NCBI GenBank assembly: GCA_016218805.1
Contig: JACRCW010000076.1
Coordinates: 1 to 64,000, forward strand
DNA from: Deltaproteobacteria bacterium
GTDB lineage: Bacteria > Myxococcota > JACRCW01
Length of the DNA: 64,000 bases
Direction of reading: 5' to 3'
Shown here: in pieces, positions 9,931 through 18,831 of the stretch
Numbering within the stretch: position 1 is the first letter of the stretch
Layout of the letters: each line of letters starts with the position of its first letter
Notes under the pieces: generated by a model
Seen by the model: the letters and a program-made list of their open reading frames with translations, nothing else
Databases searched by the model: none
What the model was told of the DNA's origin: nothing
Position numbers and translations under genes: made by a program

Positions 9931-9986
9931 AGCGCGCGGTCGCGTTGCAGGGTATTTGGAGAACCTACGCTCAGGCCCATCAGGAC

Positions 9987-10282
9987 CGAGGCGGATCCAA
10001 GTCTGAGCCGGCATCTGTTCCACGAATGCCACGTCCGGGCTGCAGGCACGCTTGGCGTGCATGCGTACCCGCCCCCTTCGGGGGGCGGCCGGCGACGTCA
10101 GTCGCCGGGGGTGGGGGCCCGCCAATGGGTTTGGTCCCAGCCGGGGATGACGGTGGCAGCGGACCCCCGGCGGGTAGATGGGCTTGCCTGCGGCAGGCCC
10201 GCCATGCGTCGTGGAGCGGGCCTCCGTTGCTCCGCGCCACAACTTCTCGCCTACCCGGTTGCTCAGGTTGGAATCCGCCTCG
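9987..10282. mobile_element. 296-bp non-coding element with self-complementary ends and an 8-bp flanking direct repeat (MITE-like or structured RNA)
   Basis: Ends CGAGGCGGAT...ATCCGCCTCG, extending imperfectly for ~25 bp; ATCAGGAC at 9979-9986 and 10283-10290; many internal hairpins. Confidence 0.6.
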
Positions 10283-10283
10283 A

Positions 10284-11024
10284 TCAGGACCGCGCGCCCT
10301 TGTTGCGCACCAGCGCGGCAATCTCCGGGTCCAACGCAAGGTTGCGGACCGATCCGCGCAGCCGGGCCGCTTCGCGTTGCGCCAGACGGAGCGGTTCAGG
10401 CATGCGGCGTCCGCGGCACAGCGCCAGGGTGAGCGCCGCAGCTTCCGGCAGCGTCATCCCGCGTCCCACGCTGACATAGACGGGTGGCGCGCCCAGGCGC
10501 GTGCGCACCGCCATTCCCACCAGTTCACCGTTGTTCTCATCCACCAGCGGGCTGGAGCTGCCGGGTTCCTTGGGCACGCGCGGGGGTTCACCCATCAGCA
10601 GTTGCGGGCACACGCCCAACACCGGGACCTGCAGCCACAGTCCCAGGTGGCACGCCATGCCAATGCGGCGCGGGTGCGCGTGACCGTGGCGGTTGACCAC
10701 CACCAGGTCCGGCGCGTGGGTGAGGCCAGAGAAGGCGTCCACCAGCGGCGGGATTTCGCGGAAGGAGAGGTAGCCGGGCAGATAGGGGAAGGTGGCCACG
10801 GTGGTGCGCGTGGCCACTTCCACCACCTCAAAGCTGGATGAATCCACCACCACCACGGCGGTGTAGAGCCGGTCGTCGCCCTTGTCGAAGTCAACGATGG
10901 CGCCCGCGACGGTGCGCGGCATCCCGCGCAGGCGGCCGGGGAGCAGTTGTGCGCGCAGCTCCTCCTGCAGGCGCGTGGCCTCCGGGACGGACTGCGGCCA
11001 CGGGTGCAGGGGTGGGATCTTCAT
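10284..11024 (-). CDS. nfi: Endonuclease V homolog with substituted catalytic residues
   Basis: PYLPGYLSFRE wedge, HPRRIGMACHLG, PVYVSVG and RMPEPLRLA motifs; the catalytic Asp positions read I and N. Confidence 0.85.
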   Translation of the reverse strand: MKIPPLHPWPQSVPEATRLQEELRAQLLPGRLRGMPRTVAGAIVDFDKGDDRLYTAVVVVDSSSFEVVEVATRTTVATFPYLPGYLSFREIPPLVDAFSGLTHAPDLVVVNRHGHAHPRRIGMACHLGLWLQVPVLGVCPQLLMGEPPRVPKEPGSSSPLVDENNGELVGMAVRTRLGAPPVYVSVGRGMTLPEAAALTLALCRGRRMPEPLRLAQREAARLRGSVRNLALDPEIAALVRNKGARS

Positions 11025-11030
11025 CTGCGC

Positions 11031-12314
11031 TCACATCCAGCGCAGGTAGCTGCGGACCATTTCGCGGACCATCAGGTCCGTGGGCAGACCCTTCTTGCGG
11101 GCCAGCTCATCCAGGCGGTCCAGTTCCTCACGCGTGAGGTGGATGCGCAGTTCGCTGTCCAGCTTGGTGCCCGTGCGGGAGATCTGCGTGGGCCGGTGCA
11201 CGGAGGGAACATTTGCCGCCGCCTGGTCCAGCGAAATCTCATTGCCCTTGCTGTCCTCCGTGATCGGCGTGGCGCCCACGTCCTCGGGCTCCATCACGTC
11301 ATCCGGCACGGCGCCGGCTTGCGCCACGCGCTGCAACAGCTGCTGCTCGGCCTCCGCTTCGTCGGAGAACAGCTGCTTCATGAAGTTGGACAGGTGGATG
11401 TTGGAGGGCGTGAACTCCTGCGTGGCCAGGAACTGGTCCACGTCATACTGGAAGTCCCACGCGCTCTGGTAGCGCTTCTCGCGGTCCTTCTCCAACGCCT
11501 TCATGAGGATGCGCTCCACCGGCTCAGGCACGTCCTCCTTGAAGTAACTGGGCGGGTAGATCTTCCCGTCAATGATGGCCTTGAGGATGGCCATCTCGTT
11601 TTCGCCGGTGAACAGCTTGTATCCGGTGACCCACTCGTAGGCGACGACACCCAGCGAGAAGATGTCCGAGCGGTGATCGAGCGGTTTGCCCATGCACTGC
11701 TCGGGGCTCATGTAGCTGAGCTTGCCCTTGATCTCGCCGGCGCGCGTCTGCTCAATCTGGCTGGCCGCCTTGGCGATGCCGAAGTCCAGCACCTTCACGG
11801 TCCCGTTGAACGAGACCAGCACGTTCTCCGGCGTGATGTCCCGGTGGACGATGTTGAGCGGCTTGCCGTACGCGTCCGTGCGGTTGTGCGCAAAGTACAG
11901 CCCTTCACACACAGACGAAATGATCTTGAGCGCGTAGACCAGCGGGAAGGTGATGCCCAGCTTCTCTGCCTTGGGAATGCACCGGCTCATGTCCCGGCCG
12001 GTGATGTACTCCATGGCAATGAAGTAGCTTTCACCGATGCGGCCCAGGTCATAAATCTGGACAATGTTGGGATGGTTGAGCTGCGCTGCCAGCTTGGCCT
12101 CATTGAGGAACATCCGCACAAAGCTGACCTGGCTGGAGAGGTGCGGCCGGATGCGCTTGATGCAGATGGTCTTCTCAAACCCCTCCACGCCTTCCTGCCG
12201 CGCCAGGAAGATCTCCGCCATACCCCCGACCGCAATGCGGTTGATCAGGGTGTACTTGCCGAACTTGGTGCCCTTGATGGCCGGCGCAGACACGTCAAAA
12301 ACTCCCGGGGTCAC
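11031..12314 (-). CDS. Hanks-type Ser/Thr kinase with C-terminal ribbon-helix-helix-like domain
   Basis: GGMAEIF, IKRI, HRDITPEN, DFGIA and YMSPE motifs; C-terminus LRIHLTREELDRLDELARKKGLPTDLMVREMV. Confidence 0.9.
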   Translation of the reverse strand: MTPGVFDVSAPAIKGTKFGKYTLINRIAVGGMAEIFLARQEGVEGFEKTICIKRIRPHLSSQVSFVRMFLNEAKLAAQLNHPNIVQIYDLGRIGESYFIAMEYITGRDMSRCIPKAEKLGITFPLVYALKIISSVCEGLYFAHNRTDAYGKPLNIVHRDITPENVLVSFNGTVKVLDFGIAKAASQIEQTRAGEIKGKLSYMSPEQCMGKPLDHRSDIFSLGVVAYEWVTGYKLFTGENEMAILKAIIDGKIYPPSYFKEDVPEPVERILMKALEKDREKRYQSAWDFQYDVDQFLATQEFTPSNIHLSNFMKQLFSDEAEAEQQLLQRVAQAGAVPDDVMEPEDVGATPITEDSKGNEISLDQAAANVPSVHRPTQISRTGTKLDSELRIHLTREELDRLDELARKKGLPTDLMVREMVRSYLRWM

Positions 12315-13642
12315 AGCTCGGCGCGCCGCAGCACCTTGGCCAGCGCCTTGTCGGCGTCCTCGACGATCACCCCCAGGTCAATGGGAATGAGGTCGCGGTC
12401 CTTCACCACCAGGTCCCCGTCAATCATCACGTGCTGCACGTCTGAGGCGCGCGCCGAGTAGACCAGCATGGTGTACGGGTCATGCCGCGGGCGCAGGTGC
12501 GGCGAATCCAGGTCCAGCGCGATGAGGTCCGCCTTCTTGCCCACCTCCACGCTGCCCACGTCACGGCCAACGCCCAGCGCTTCCGCTCCGCCAATGGTGG
12601 CGAGCTCCACGACCTTCTGCGCGGGGACGGCTTTCACGCCGGAGCGGTGCTTGGGCAGCAGCGCGGCAAGCCGCATCTCCTGGAACATGTCCAGCGAGTT
12701 GTTGCAGGCTGCGGCATCAGAGCCCAGCGCCAGGTGGATCTGCTGGTCAATGAGTTCCGGCAGCTTGGCCACCCCGGAAGCGAGCTTGAGGTTGCTGGTG
12801 GGGCAGTGCGCAACGCGCGTCTCGGACTCCTTGAGCAGCTTCATCTCACGCGCCGTGAGCCACACGCAGTGGGCCAGCACCACGTCATGTCCGGTGAGCC
12901 CCAGGTCATACAGGTAGGCCACGTTGTCCGTGCCGTGCTTCTCGCGCACCTGCTCAATCTCGGCGGTGTTCTCGGAGGCGTGCGTGTGCAGCAGGCAGCC
13001 GGAGTCCCGCGCGCGGCCGACGACCTCGACCAGCAGTTCCTCCGTGCAGCTGAGCACGTAGCGCGGTGCGTACGCGTAGCGCAGCCGGCCGTTCTCACTG
13101 CCGTGCCACACCTTCTTGACACGTTCCGCTTCAGCCAGGGACTCGCGCGTGTTCTCACGCATGGGACCGGGGCGGCCCTTGCCCGCGTCCATCATGGACT
13201 TGCCACAGAACAGCCGGAAGCCCACCTCCTTGGCCGCCTCAAAGATGGCCTCGGTGTGGTGCACGGTGCCCATGTCCAGGCACGTGGTGGTGCCGCCCAG
13301 CACCAGCTCCGCAATGCCCAGGCGCGCGGAGGCGTGCAGCGTGTCCAGCGAATGCGCGGCCTCCAACGGCCAGATGCGTTCTTCCATCCACTCGGTGAGA
13401 TCCATGTCCTCCGCCTGGCCGCGGAAGATGGACTGGCACAGGTGGACGTGGGCCTGCACCAGGCCCGGCATCAGCAGGCGGCCGTTGAGGTCCAGGCGCT
13501 GGATGAACTCGCCCGGGCGCGCGGTGAGGTTCTCGCCGATTTCGGAGATGCGGCCGTCACGGATGATGACATCCGCCTTGGGCAGGATCTCCCGCTTGGC
13601 ATTCATGGTGAGGACGGTGGCGTCCTTGAGCAGGTAGTTCAC
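12311..13642 (-). CDS. Amidohydrolase, MTA/SAH/5'-deoxyadenosine deaminase-like
   Basis: PGLVQAHVH, HTHASE, AHCVW, HCPTSNLKLASG and LGSD motifs. Confidence 0.85.
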   Translation of the reverse strand: MNYLLKDATVLTMNAKREILPKADVIIRDGRISEIGENLTARPGEFIQRLDLNGRLLMPGLVQAHVHLCQSIFRGQAEDMDLTEWMEERIWPLEAAHSLDTLHASARLGIAELVLGGTTTCLDMGTVHHTEAIFEAAKEVGFRLFCGKSMMDAGKGRPGPMRENTRESLAEAERVKKVWHGSENGRLRYAYAPRYVLSCTEELLVEVVGRARDSGCLLHTHASENTAEIEQVREKHGTDNVAYLYDLGLTGHDVVLAHCVWLTAREMKLLKESETRVAHCPTSNLKLASGVAKLPELIDQQIHLALGSDAAACNNSLDMFQEMRLAALLPKHRSGVKAVPAQKVVELATIGGAEALGVGRDVGSVEVGKKADLIALDLDSPHLRPRHDPYTMLVYSARASDVQHVMIDGDLVVKDRDLIPIDLGVIVEDADKALAKVLRRAEL

Positions 13643-13715
13643 GGCATTCCCAGTGGCGGCCGCGGTGTGGACACCGCGGCCGGCGAAGGCAGGCAACAAT
13701 TGAAGGGATGGAGTC

Positions 13716-14192
13716 TCACGATGCGCTCCGGCGGCGGCGCACCGCGGGGGGGCGGCGGGTCAGTTGGCCGCCGCTGAAGGCGGCCGGCAGCAGTGCGCGC
13801 ACGGTGGTGCGGCGCAGTTCTCCGGCGTGGTTGCACAGCAGGACCTTCAGGCCGGGCCCCAGCTCATGCATGACCTGGCGGCAGGCGCCGCACGGCGTGG
13901 CGGGCGGCGAGGAGCCCGTGGCCACCGCCATGACCTTGAAAGCGCTCTGCCCGGCGGCCACGGCGGTTCCCAGCGCAACGCGCTCTGCGCAGATGCACAG
14001 CGGGTAGGAGGCGTTCTCCACGTTGCAGCCGGTGAACACCTGGCCGTCCGCCGCCAGCAGCGCAGCGCCCACGTGGTAGCCGGAGTACGGAGCGTACGCG
14101 CGCGCGGACGCCTCCAGCGCCCGGCGCACCAGCGCCGCTTCCTGGTCCCGGGTCCCGCCCCGCGTCCGCCTGGTGGTCCGCCGTGCCATCAT
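13716..14192 (-). CDS. cdd: Cytidine deaminase
   Basis: AYAPYS, VGAA, GCNVENASY, CAERVA and PCGACRQ motifs. Confidence 0.93.
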   Translation of the reverse strand: MMARRTTRRTRGGTRDQEAALVRRALEASARAYAPYSGYHVGAALLAADGQVFTGCNVENASYPLCICAERVALGTAVAAGQSAFKVMAVATGSSPPATPCGACRQVMHELGPGLKVLLCNHAGELRRTTVRALLPAAFSGGQLTRRPPAVRRRRSAS

Positions 14193-14448
14193 GCTCCTGC
14201 CGGCCGGGGCAGCCCTGCGCCCCCCATGCACGGACGACATTGTTTGTCAAGTCCGTGTTGTTTGTCGGCACCATACCTGCCCACCCCCGCCAGCCACAAG
14301 GAAAAAATCACAAGTCCTTGCCAGAACGGGCTTTCCGGGCGCCGGGACCCCCCCGCCGGTTGACCGAGCAGCGAGGTGGTGGGGTCTGCTACATCGCTCC
14401 GGATCCCAGTCTGGGCGAGGCCGGGCAACCGGTGGGAAGGCGAGGCGC

Positions 14449-16650
14449 ATGCGGCACGGAACGTGGAGCGGCGTGGCGGGGTTGCTGGCGGTGGTGGCGC
14501 AGGGCTGCGGGGACTGCAGCGGCGTGGGGCCGGGCGGTTCTGACGGCGGGTTCTTGGGCGGCACCAGCGGGTTTCCGGGGACGTCCACCAGCAGCAGCGG
14601 TGGCAATGATCCGGTGGTGGGCCTGGAGGTGGATCCCCCGTCCCTGAGCCTGACGGTGGCCTGGGGGTCACCGCAGGTGCGGGAGCTGCACGCGCGCCTG
14701 GTGCGCCAGAGCGGCGCGCGGGACAACGCCACCGGCGTCAGTTGGACCAGCGCGGATCCCATCATTGCGCGCGTGGGTCCGGACGGGCGTGTGCAGGTGA
14801 CCGCGCAGCGCGCCGGTACCACCACGCTCACCGCCGCCGCGGAGGGCAAGACCGCGGAGGTGCCGGTCAACGTGGTGATCACCGGGGACCGCGTGCTGCC
14901 GGGGGCGCCGGGCAACGCGCCGGTGGACTTTGCCCAGTCCAGCTGCGGGCCCAACAGCGCCAGCCCCACGTTGCTGTACCCGCTGGACCAGGTGATCATG
15001 CCGCTCAACCTCCCCAGCCCCGTCATCCAGTGGTCCGGTGGCGACGTGGAAGTGCACCGCGTCACCGTGGGCGGCACCAACGCCACCGTGGTGCTGTACG
15101 TGGCCGGCACCGCCCGCGAAGCCACCGTGCCCGAGGACCTGTGGAACCTGCTGGTCACCAGCCACGCCGGCGGCCAGCTGACCATTGTGGTGGACGCGCG
15201 GGTGGACCGCTCGCAGTGCGGGGCGTCCGCGTCACGCACGGTGAAGCTGGCCAGCGCGGACCTGTCCTCCACCGTCTATTACTGGGCGGTCAGCGTGGGG
15301 CAGATCATCCGGTTGGACGTGGGCGCCAACCGCGGTTTCCGCCTGGACATTGAGCCCGCCAACGGTGACGGCAACCGCTGCAACGCCTGTCACGTGCTCA
15401 GCCATGACGGCCGCAAGCTGGCCTTCACCTACTACGAGGGCAGTGGCCCCGGCGGCGTGGTGCCCACGGACAATCCGCGCACGCCCGCGTTTGAACCGTC
15501 CTCTGAGCGGCGGTGGAACTTTGCCACCTTTGACCCCACCGGCCGGTTGCTGCTGACCAACTGGGAGAAGACCTTCAAGCTGCGCAACGCGGACACCGGT
15601 GAAACGCTGCAGCCGGTGGGCGTGGCCGAGGCCGCGCATCCGACGTGGAGCCCGGACGGGACGCGGATTGCGTTTGCCGGGAACATTGGGCTGGGCGGCG
15701 GGGCCGCCGGGTGGGAGATTGACTTTGACCGGTCTGACCTGATGCTGCTGCCGTTTGACACCGCGACGGAGAACTTCGCCTCGCCGTCGCTGCTGGTGGC
15801 GGGCAACGGCAAGGCGCTCAGCTACCCGTCATGGAGCATGGATGGCAGCCACCTGGCCTACGGACAGGGGCCCTACAGCCGCTCCGCCGCGCCGGACGGG
15901 TCCTCGCTGTTTGAGGGTGACCTGATGATCATCCCCGCCGCGGGTGGCACGCCGGTGGAGCTGGCCACGGCCAATCCGGAGCACAACAGCTACATGCCCA
16001 CCTTCAGCCCGTTTGTGGAGGGGGGCTACCAGTGGGTGGCGTTCTATTCTCGCCGGCCGTACGGCCACCACGTCACGGACCCGCGGCGCCCGCAGATCTG
16101 GGTGGCCGCGCTGGACGAGCACATGCAGCCCGGCACCGACCCCAGCCACCCGCCGTTCTGGCTGCCCGGCCAGGACGAGGTGACCTCCAACCTGTCCAGC
16201 TACTTTGCCAAGTCCCCGTGCCGCGAGACGGGCGGGCAGTGCACCACCGACGTGCAGTGCTGCAACGGGCAGGTGTGCCGTCCCACGCCCGAAGGCGCGT
16301 ACGTGTGCACCCCGCCGGGCAGCGCGTGCGTGTTGGCCGGCGGCGAGTGCGCGTCCGACAACGACTGCTGCCCCGGTGCGGGCAGTTGCACGCACAGCGG
16401 CGAAGGCGCACCGGGTATCTGCTCCACGGGCGGGCAGGCGTGCCGCCAGGTGGCCGAGTCCTGCACCGCCGACGGAGACTGCTGCCCGGGTGCCGGCACC
16501 TGCCGCGCCAACGACCAGTCCCAGCTGGTGTGCACGCCCGGGGCCACGGGGTGCAAGCGCGAGAACGAACCGTGCACCAAGGACGACGAGTGCTGCCCCG
16601 GCGCGGGCCTGTACTGCATGAACAACGTGTGCGCGCAGCCCGGCGGCTGA
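14449..16650 (+). CDS. Lipoprotein: Ig-like domain, TolB/PD40-like propeller, four C-terminal Cys-rich repeats
   Basis: Lipobox AQGC; 'VSWTSADP' Big_2-like segment; PTWSPDG and PSWSMDG repeats; C-x6-C-x5-CC repeats. Confidence 0.75.
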   Translation: MRHGTWSGVAGLLAVVAQGCGDCSGVGPGGSDGGFLGGTSGFPGTSTSSSGGNDPVVGLEVDPPSLSLTVAWGSPQVRELHARLVRQSGARDNATGVSWTSADPIIARVGPDGRVQVTAQRAGTTTLTAAAEGKTAEVPVNVVITGDRVLPGAPGNAPVDFAQSSCGPNSASPTLLYPLDQVIMPLNLPSPVIQWSGGDVEVHRVTVGGTNATVVLYVAGTAREATVPEDLWNLLVTSHAGGQLTIVVDARVDRSQCGASASRTVKLASADLSSTVYYWAVSVGQIIRLDVGANRGFRLDIEPANGDGNRCNACHVLSHDGRKLAFTYYEGSGPGGVVPTDNPRTPAFEPSSERRWNFATFDPTGRLLLTNWEKTFKLRNADTGETLQPVGVAEAAHPTWSPDGTRIAFAGNIGLGGGAAGWEIDFDRSDLMLLPFDTATENFASPSLLVAGNGKALSYPSWSMDGSHLAYGQGPYSRSAAPDGSSLFEGDLMIIPAAGGTPVELATANPEHNSYMPTFSPFVEGGYQWVAFYSRRPYGHHVTDPRRPQIWVAALDEHMQPGTDPSHPPFWLPGQDEVTSNLSSYFAKSPCRETGGQCTTDVQCCNGQVCRPTPEGAYVCTPPGSACVLAGGECASDNDCCPGAGSCTHSGEGAPGICSTGGQACRQVAESCTADGDCCPGAGTCRANDQSQLVCTPGATGCKRENEPCTKDDECCPGAGLYCMNNVCAQPGG

Positions 16651-16680
16651 GTGGGTGACGACGCGACGCGCGGACGCAGC

Positions 16681-16716
16681 GCTCGGCAGGAGCCTCGCCG
16701 GAGCCTCGCCCTCCCG
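16681..16716. repeat. REP-like element with an internal 11-bp duplication
   Basis: GCTCGGCAGGAGCCTCGCC-GGAGCCTCGCC-CTCCCG, lying between convergent genes. Confidence 0.7.
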
Positions 16717-16786
16717 ACGGGATTCCGTGGCTGACTCTCCGTGAGTTCACTCGGGCCCGGCGGGAGCCTCCTCCCAGGTGGTCCGC

Positions 16787-17374
16787 TCAGCCGCCGGACG
16801 CGTACGCCGCGTGCGTGAGCACGCGCTCCAGCGCCAGGCGCAGCGCGCGGTTGATCTGCACCGGCGGCCCGGACAGCGACGGGTCCACCTGGTCCAGCCG
16901 CCGGCGCCAGTCCGCAAACACCGGCATGGGCACCCGCCCGGCCGCCACGTCATCCTGCGCGCGCTCCATCACGTCACGCCGGTACTCACCCAGCCGCCAG
17001 CAGGCGGCCAGCTCAGGGTCACCGCGCTTGTCCCGCGTGCCCGCAAACCCGAACAGCCGGCACACGCCGGGCCGCACCGCGTAGATACTGCAACGGCCCG
17101 CGTCGCCGCCGTGGTGGTGGTGGAAGATGCACCACGCGTTCTCCGCGGCGCGCGCGCGCTCCAACGCGTGCTCCGCCTCACCCCGCGCCAGCAGGTCCAG
17201 CGCCAGCGGCGTCATTTCAGCCGGCGTGGCGGACACCGCGGGGTTCTGGCAGCAGGCACCGCATCCGTCCGGGCAGCGCAGGCCCGTGGCCGCCGCAAAG
17301 CGCGCGGTGGCGTCATCCATCTCCTGGAACACCGCAAGGATGCCGCGGCGCGTGCTGTGGAGGCGGTCAGCCAT
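16787..17374 (-). CDS. YkgJ family cysteine cluster protein
   Basis: CPDGCGACC...CIF...CSIYAVRPGVCRLF. Confidence 0.88.
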   Translation of the reverse strand: MADRLHSTRRGILAVFQEMDDATARFAAATGLRCPDGCGACCQNPAVSATPAEMTPLALDLLARGEAEHALERARAAENAWCIFHHHHGGDAGRCSIYAVRPGVCRLFGFAGTRDKRGDPELAACWRLGEYRRDVMERAQDDVAAGRVPMPVFADWRRRLDQVDPSLSGPPVQINRALRLALERVLTHAAYASGG

Positions 17375-17489
17375 GGCGGAACCGGGCGGGCTGTACCGGG
17401 GCGGTGGCGCGTCCGCCAGCTGCCGTGGTTGCGGGTTTGCTTGCGCCCAAGTTACTCCTGTTTCCGCTGTGGTTGACCCAGGAGCGCAG

Positions 17490-18779
17490 GTGACCACCCG
17501 TACTGACGACGACACGCGTTTGGAGGGCCGGCTGGCGCTGGCCATTGCCGGCGTCAAGCGTGTGCCCCGCTCCGCCGCGGTGCTGGCCATCCGCGTGCAC
17601 GCGCGCCGCGGTGGATCACCCATCTCCGGTGCGGACGTGGATGCGGTGCGCCTGCAGGCCATGTCCCGCCTGCACGCGGCGTTGGCGCCAACGGATGCGG
17701 TGCACGCGCGCGGCGGGCTGGAGTTCGTGGTGGTGTTGGAGCGGTTGGAGAAGGGGCCGTTCTTCGTTCACGTCGCGGATGAGCTGCTGCAGGTGCTGTC
17801 GCGTCCCTACCAGGGACTCAAGCAGCTGGACGCCGTGGCCAGCATTGGCATCAGCCTGTGCCCGGACGACGGGGACACGCCCGCGGCGCTGATCCGCGCG
17901 GCCACTGCGGCGGTGGAGGGTGCGGCGGGCGCGGGCGGGAACCTGTTCGGGTTCCAGTCCGCCACGTCCAACCAGGCGGCCATGCGGCGCCTGCAGGTGG
18001 AGCGGGGTCTGCGCGGTGCGTTGGAACGCGGTGAGTTCTCACTGCGCTACCAGCCGCAGGTGGACAACCGCAGCGGCACCGTCCTGGGCGCGGAGACGCT
18101 GTTGCGCTGGGAGACCACACTGCCCGGCGGGTGCGGGCCGGCGGAGTTTGTGCCGTTGCTGGAGGACAGCGGGCTGGTGGCCCCCGTTGGCGCGTGGGTG
18201 CTCCAGGAGGCGTGCCGGCAGGGCGCGGCCTGGCGCAAGCAAGGACATCCGCTGCGCTTGTCCGTGAACATCTCCGCCAAGCAGCTGGCCATCCCGGGCC
18301 TGGAGGACCAGGTGCACGCCGCGCTGCAGAACGCCGGCCTTCCCCCGTCACTGCTGGAAGTGGAACTGACGGAAAGCGTGATGGTGGAGGACGCCCACCA
18401 GGCGCGCGCGCGCCTGGAGAAGATGCGCAAGCTGGGCGTGCGCGTCGCCGTGGATGACTTTGGCACCGGGTACGCCTCACTCAGTTACATCCGGCATTTC
18501 CCCATGGACACGCTGAAGATTGACCGTCAGTTCATCAAGGGCCTGCCCATGGGCCATGAGAACGCGGCCATCAGCAGCGCCATCATCGCGTTGGCGCGGT
18601 CGCTGCGGCTGGAGGTGGTTGCTGAGGGCGTGGAGCAGGAGGCCGAAGAGGAGTTCCTGCGCTCCGTGGGCTGCCACGTCATCCAGGGCTACCGTTACTC
18701 CAAGCCGCTCACCGCGCCGGAACTGGAAGCCTGGCGGGCCGCCCGCCCCGCCGCTGCGCCGGCAGCCCGCAAGCGGTAA
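17490..18779 (+). CDS. Degenerate GGDEF + EAL c-di-GMP phosphodiesterase
   Basis: The GGDEF motif reads GGLEF; the EAL domain has YQPQ, ETLLRW, SVNIS, ELTES, DDFGTGY, KID, AEGVE and QGY. Confidence 0.85.
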   Translation: MTTRTDDDTRLEGRLALAIAGVKRVPRSAAVLAIRVHARRGGSPISGADVDAVRLQAMSRLHAALAPTDAVHARGGLEFVVVLERLEKGPFFVHVADELLQVLSRPYQGLKQLDAVASIGISLCPDDGDTPAALIRAATAAVEGAAGAGGNLFGFQSATSNQAAMRRLQVERGLRGALERGEFSLRYQPQVDNRSGTVLGAETLLRWETTLPGGCGPAEFVPLLEDSGLVAPVGAWVLQEACRQGAAWRKQGHPLRLSVNISAKQLAIPGLEDQVHAALQNAGLPPSLLEVELTESVMVEDAHQARARLEKMRKLGVRVAVDDFGTGYASLSYIRHFPMDTLKIDRQFIKGLPMGHENAAISSAIIALARSLRLEVVAEGVEQEAEEEFLRSVGCHVIQGYRYSKPLTAPELEAWRAARPAAAPAARKR

Positions 18780-18831
18780 CCTTCCCGCGCCGCGGTGCAA
18801 CAGACAGCGTCGGGAACGGCAGGAGGACACC

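Noticed and set aside
9987..10282. Identification as RNase P RNA, tmRNA, SRP RNA or 6S RNA; also the ORFs 9980..10339 and 10057..10479
   Set aside because: I found no GAGGAAAGUCC, tRNA-like ends or SRP loop motif, and the element is longer and more branched than a typical 6S RNA. The ORFs have no RBS or protein-like composition.
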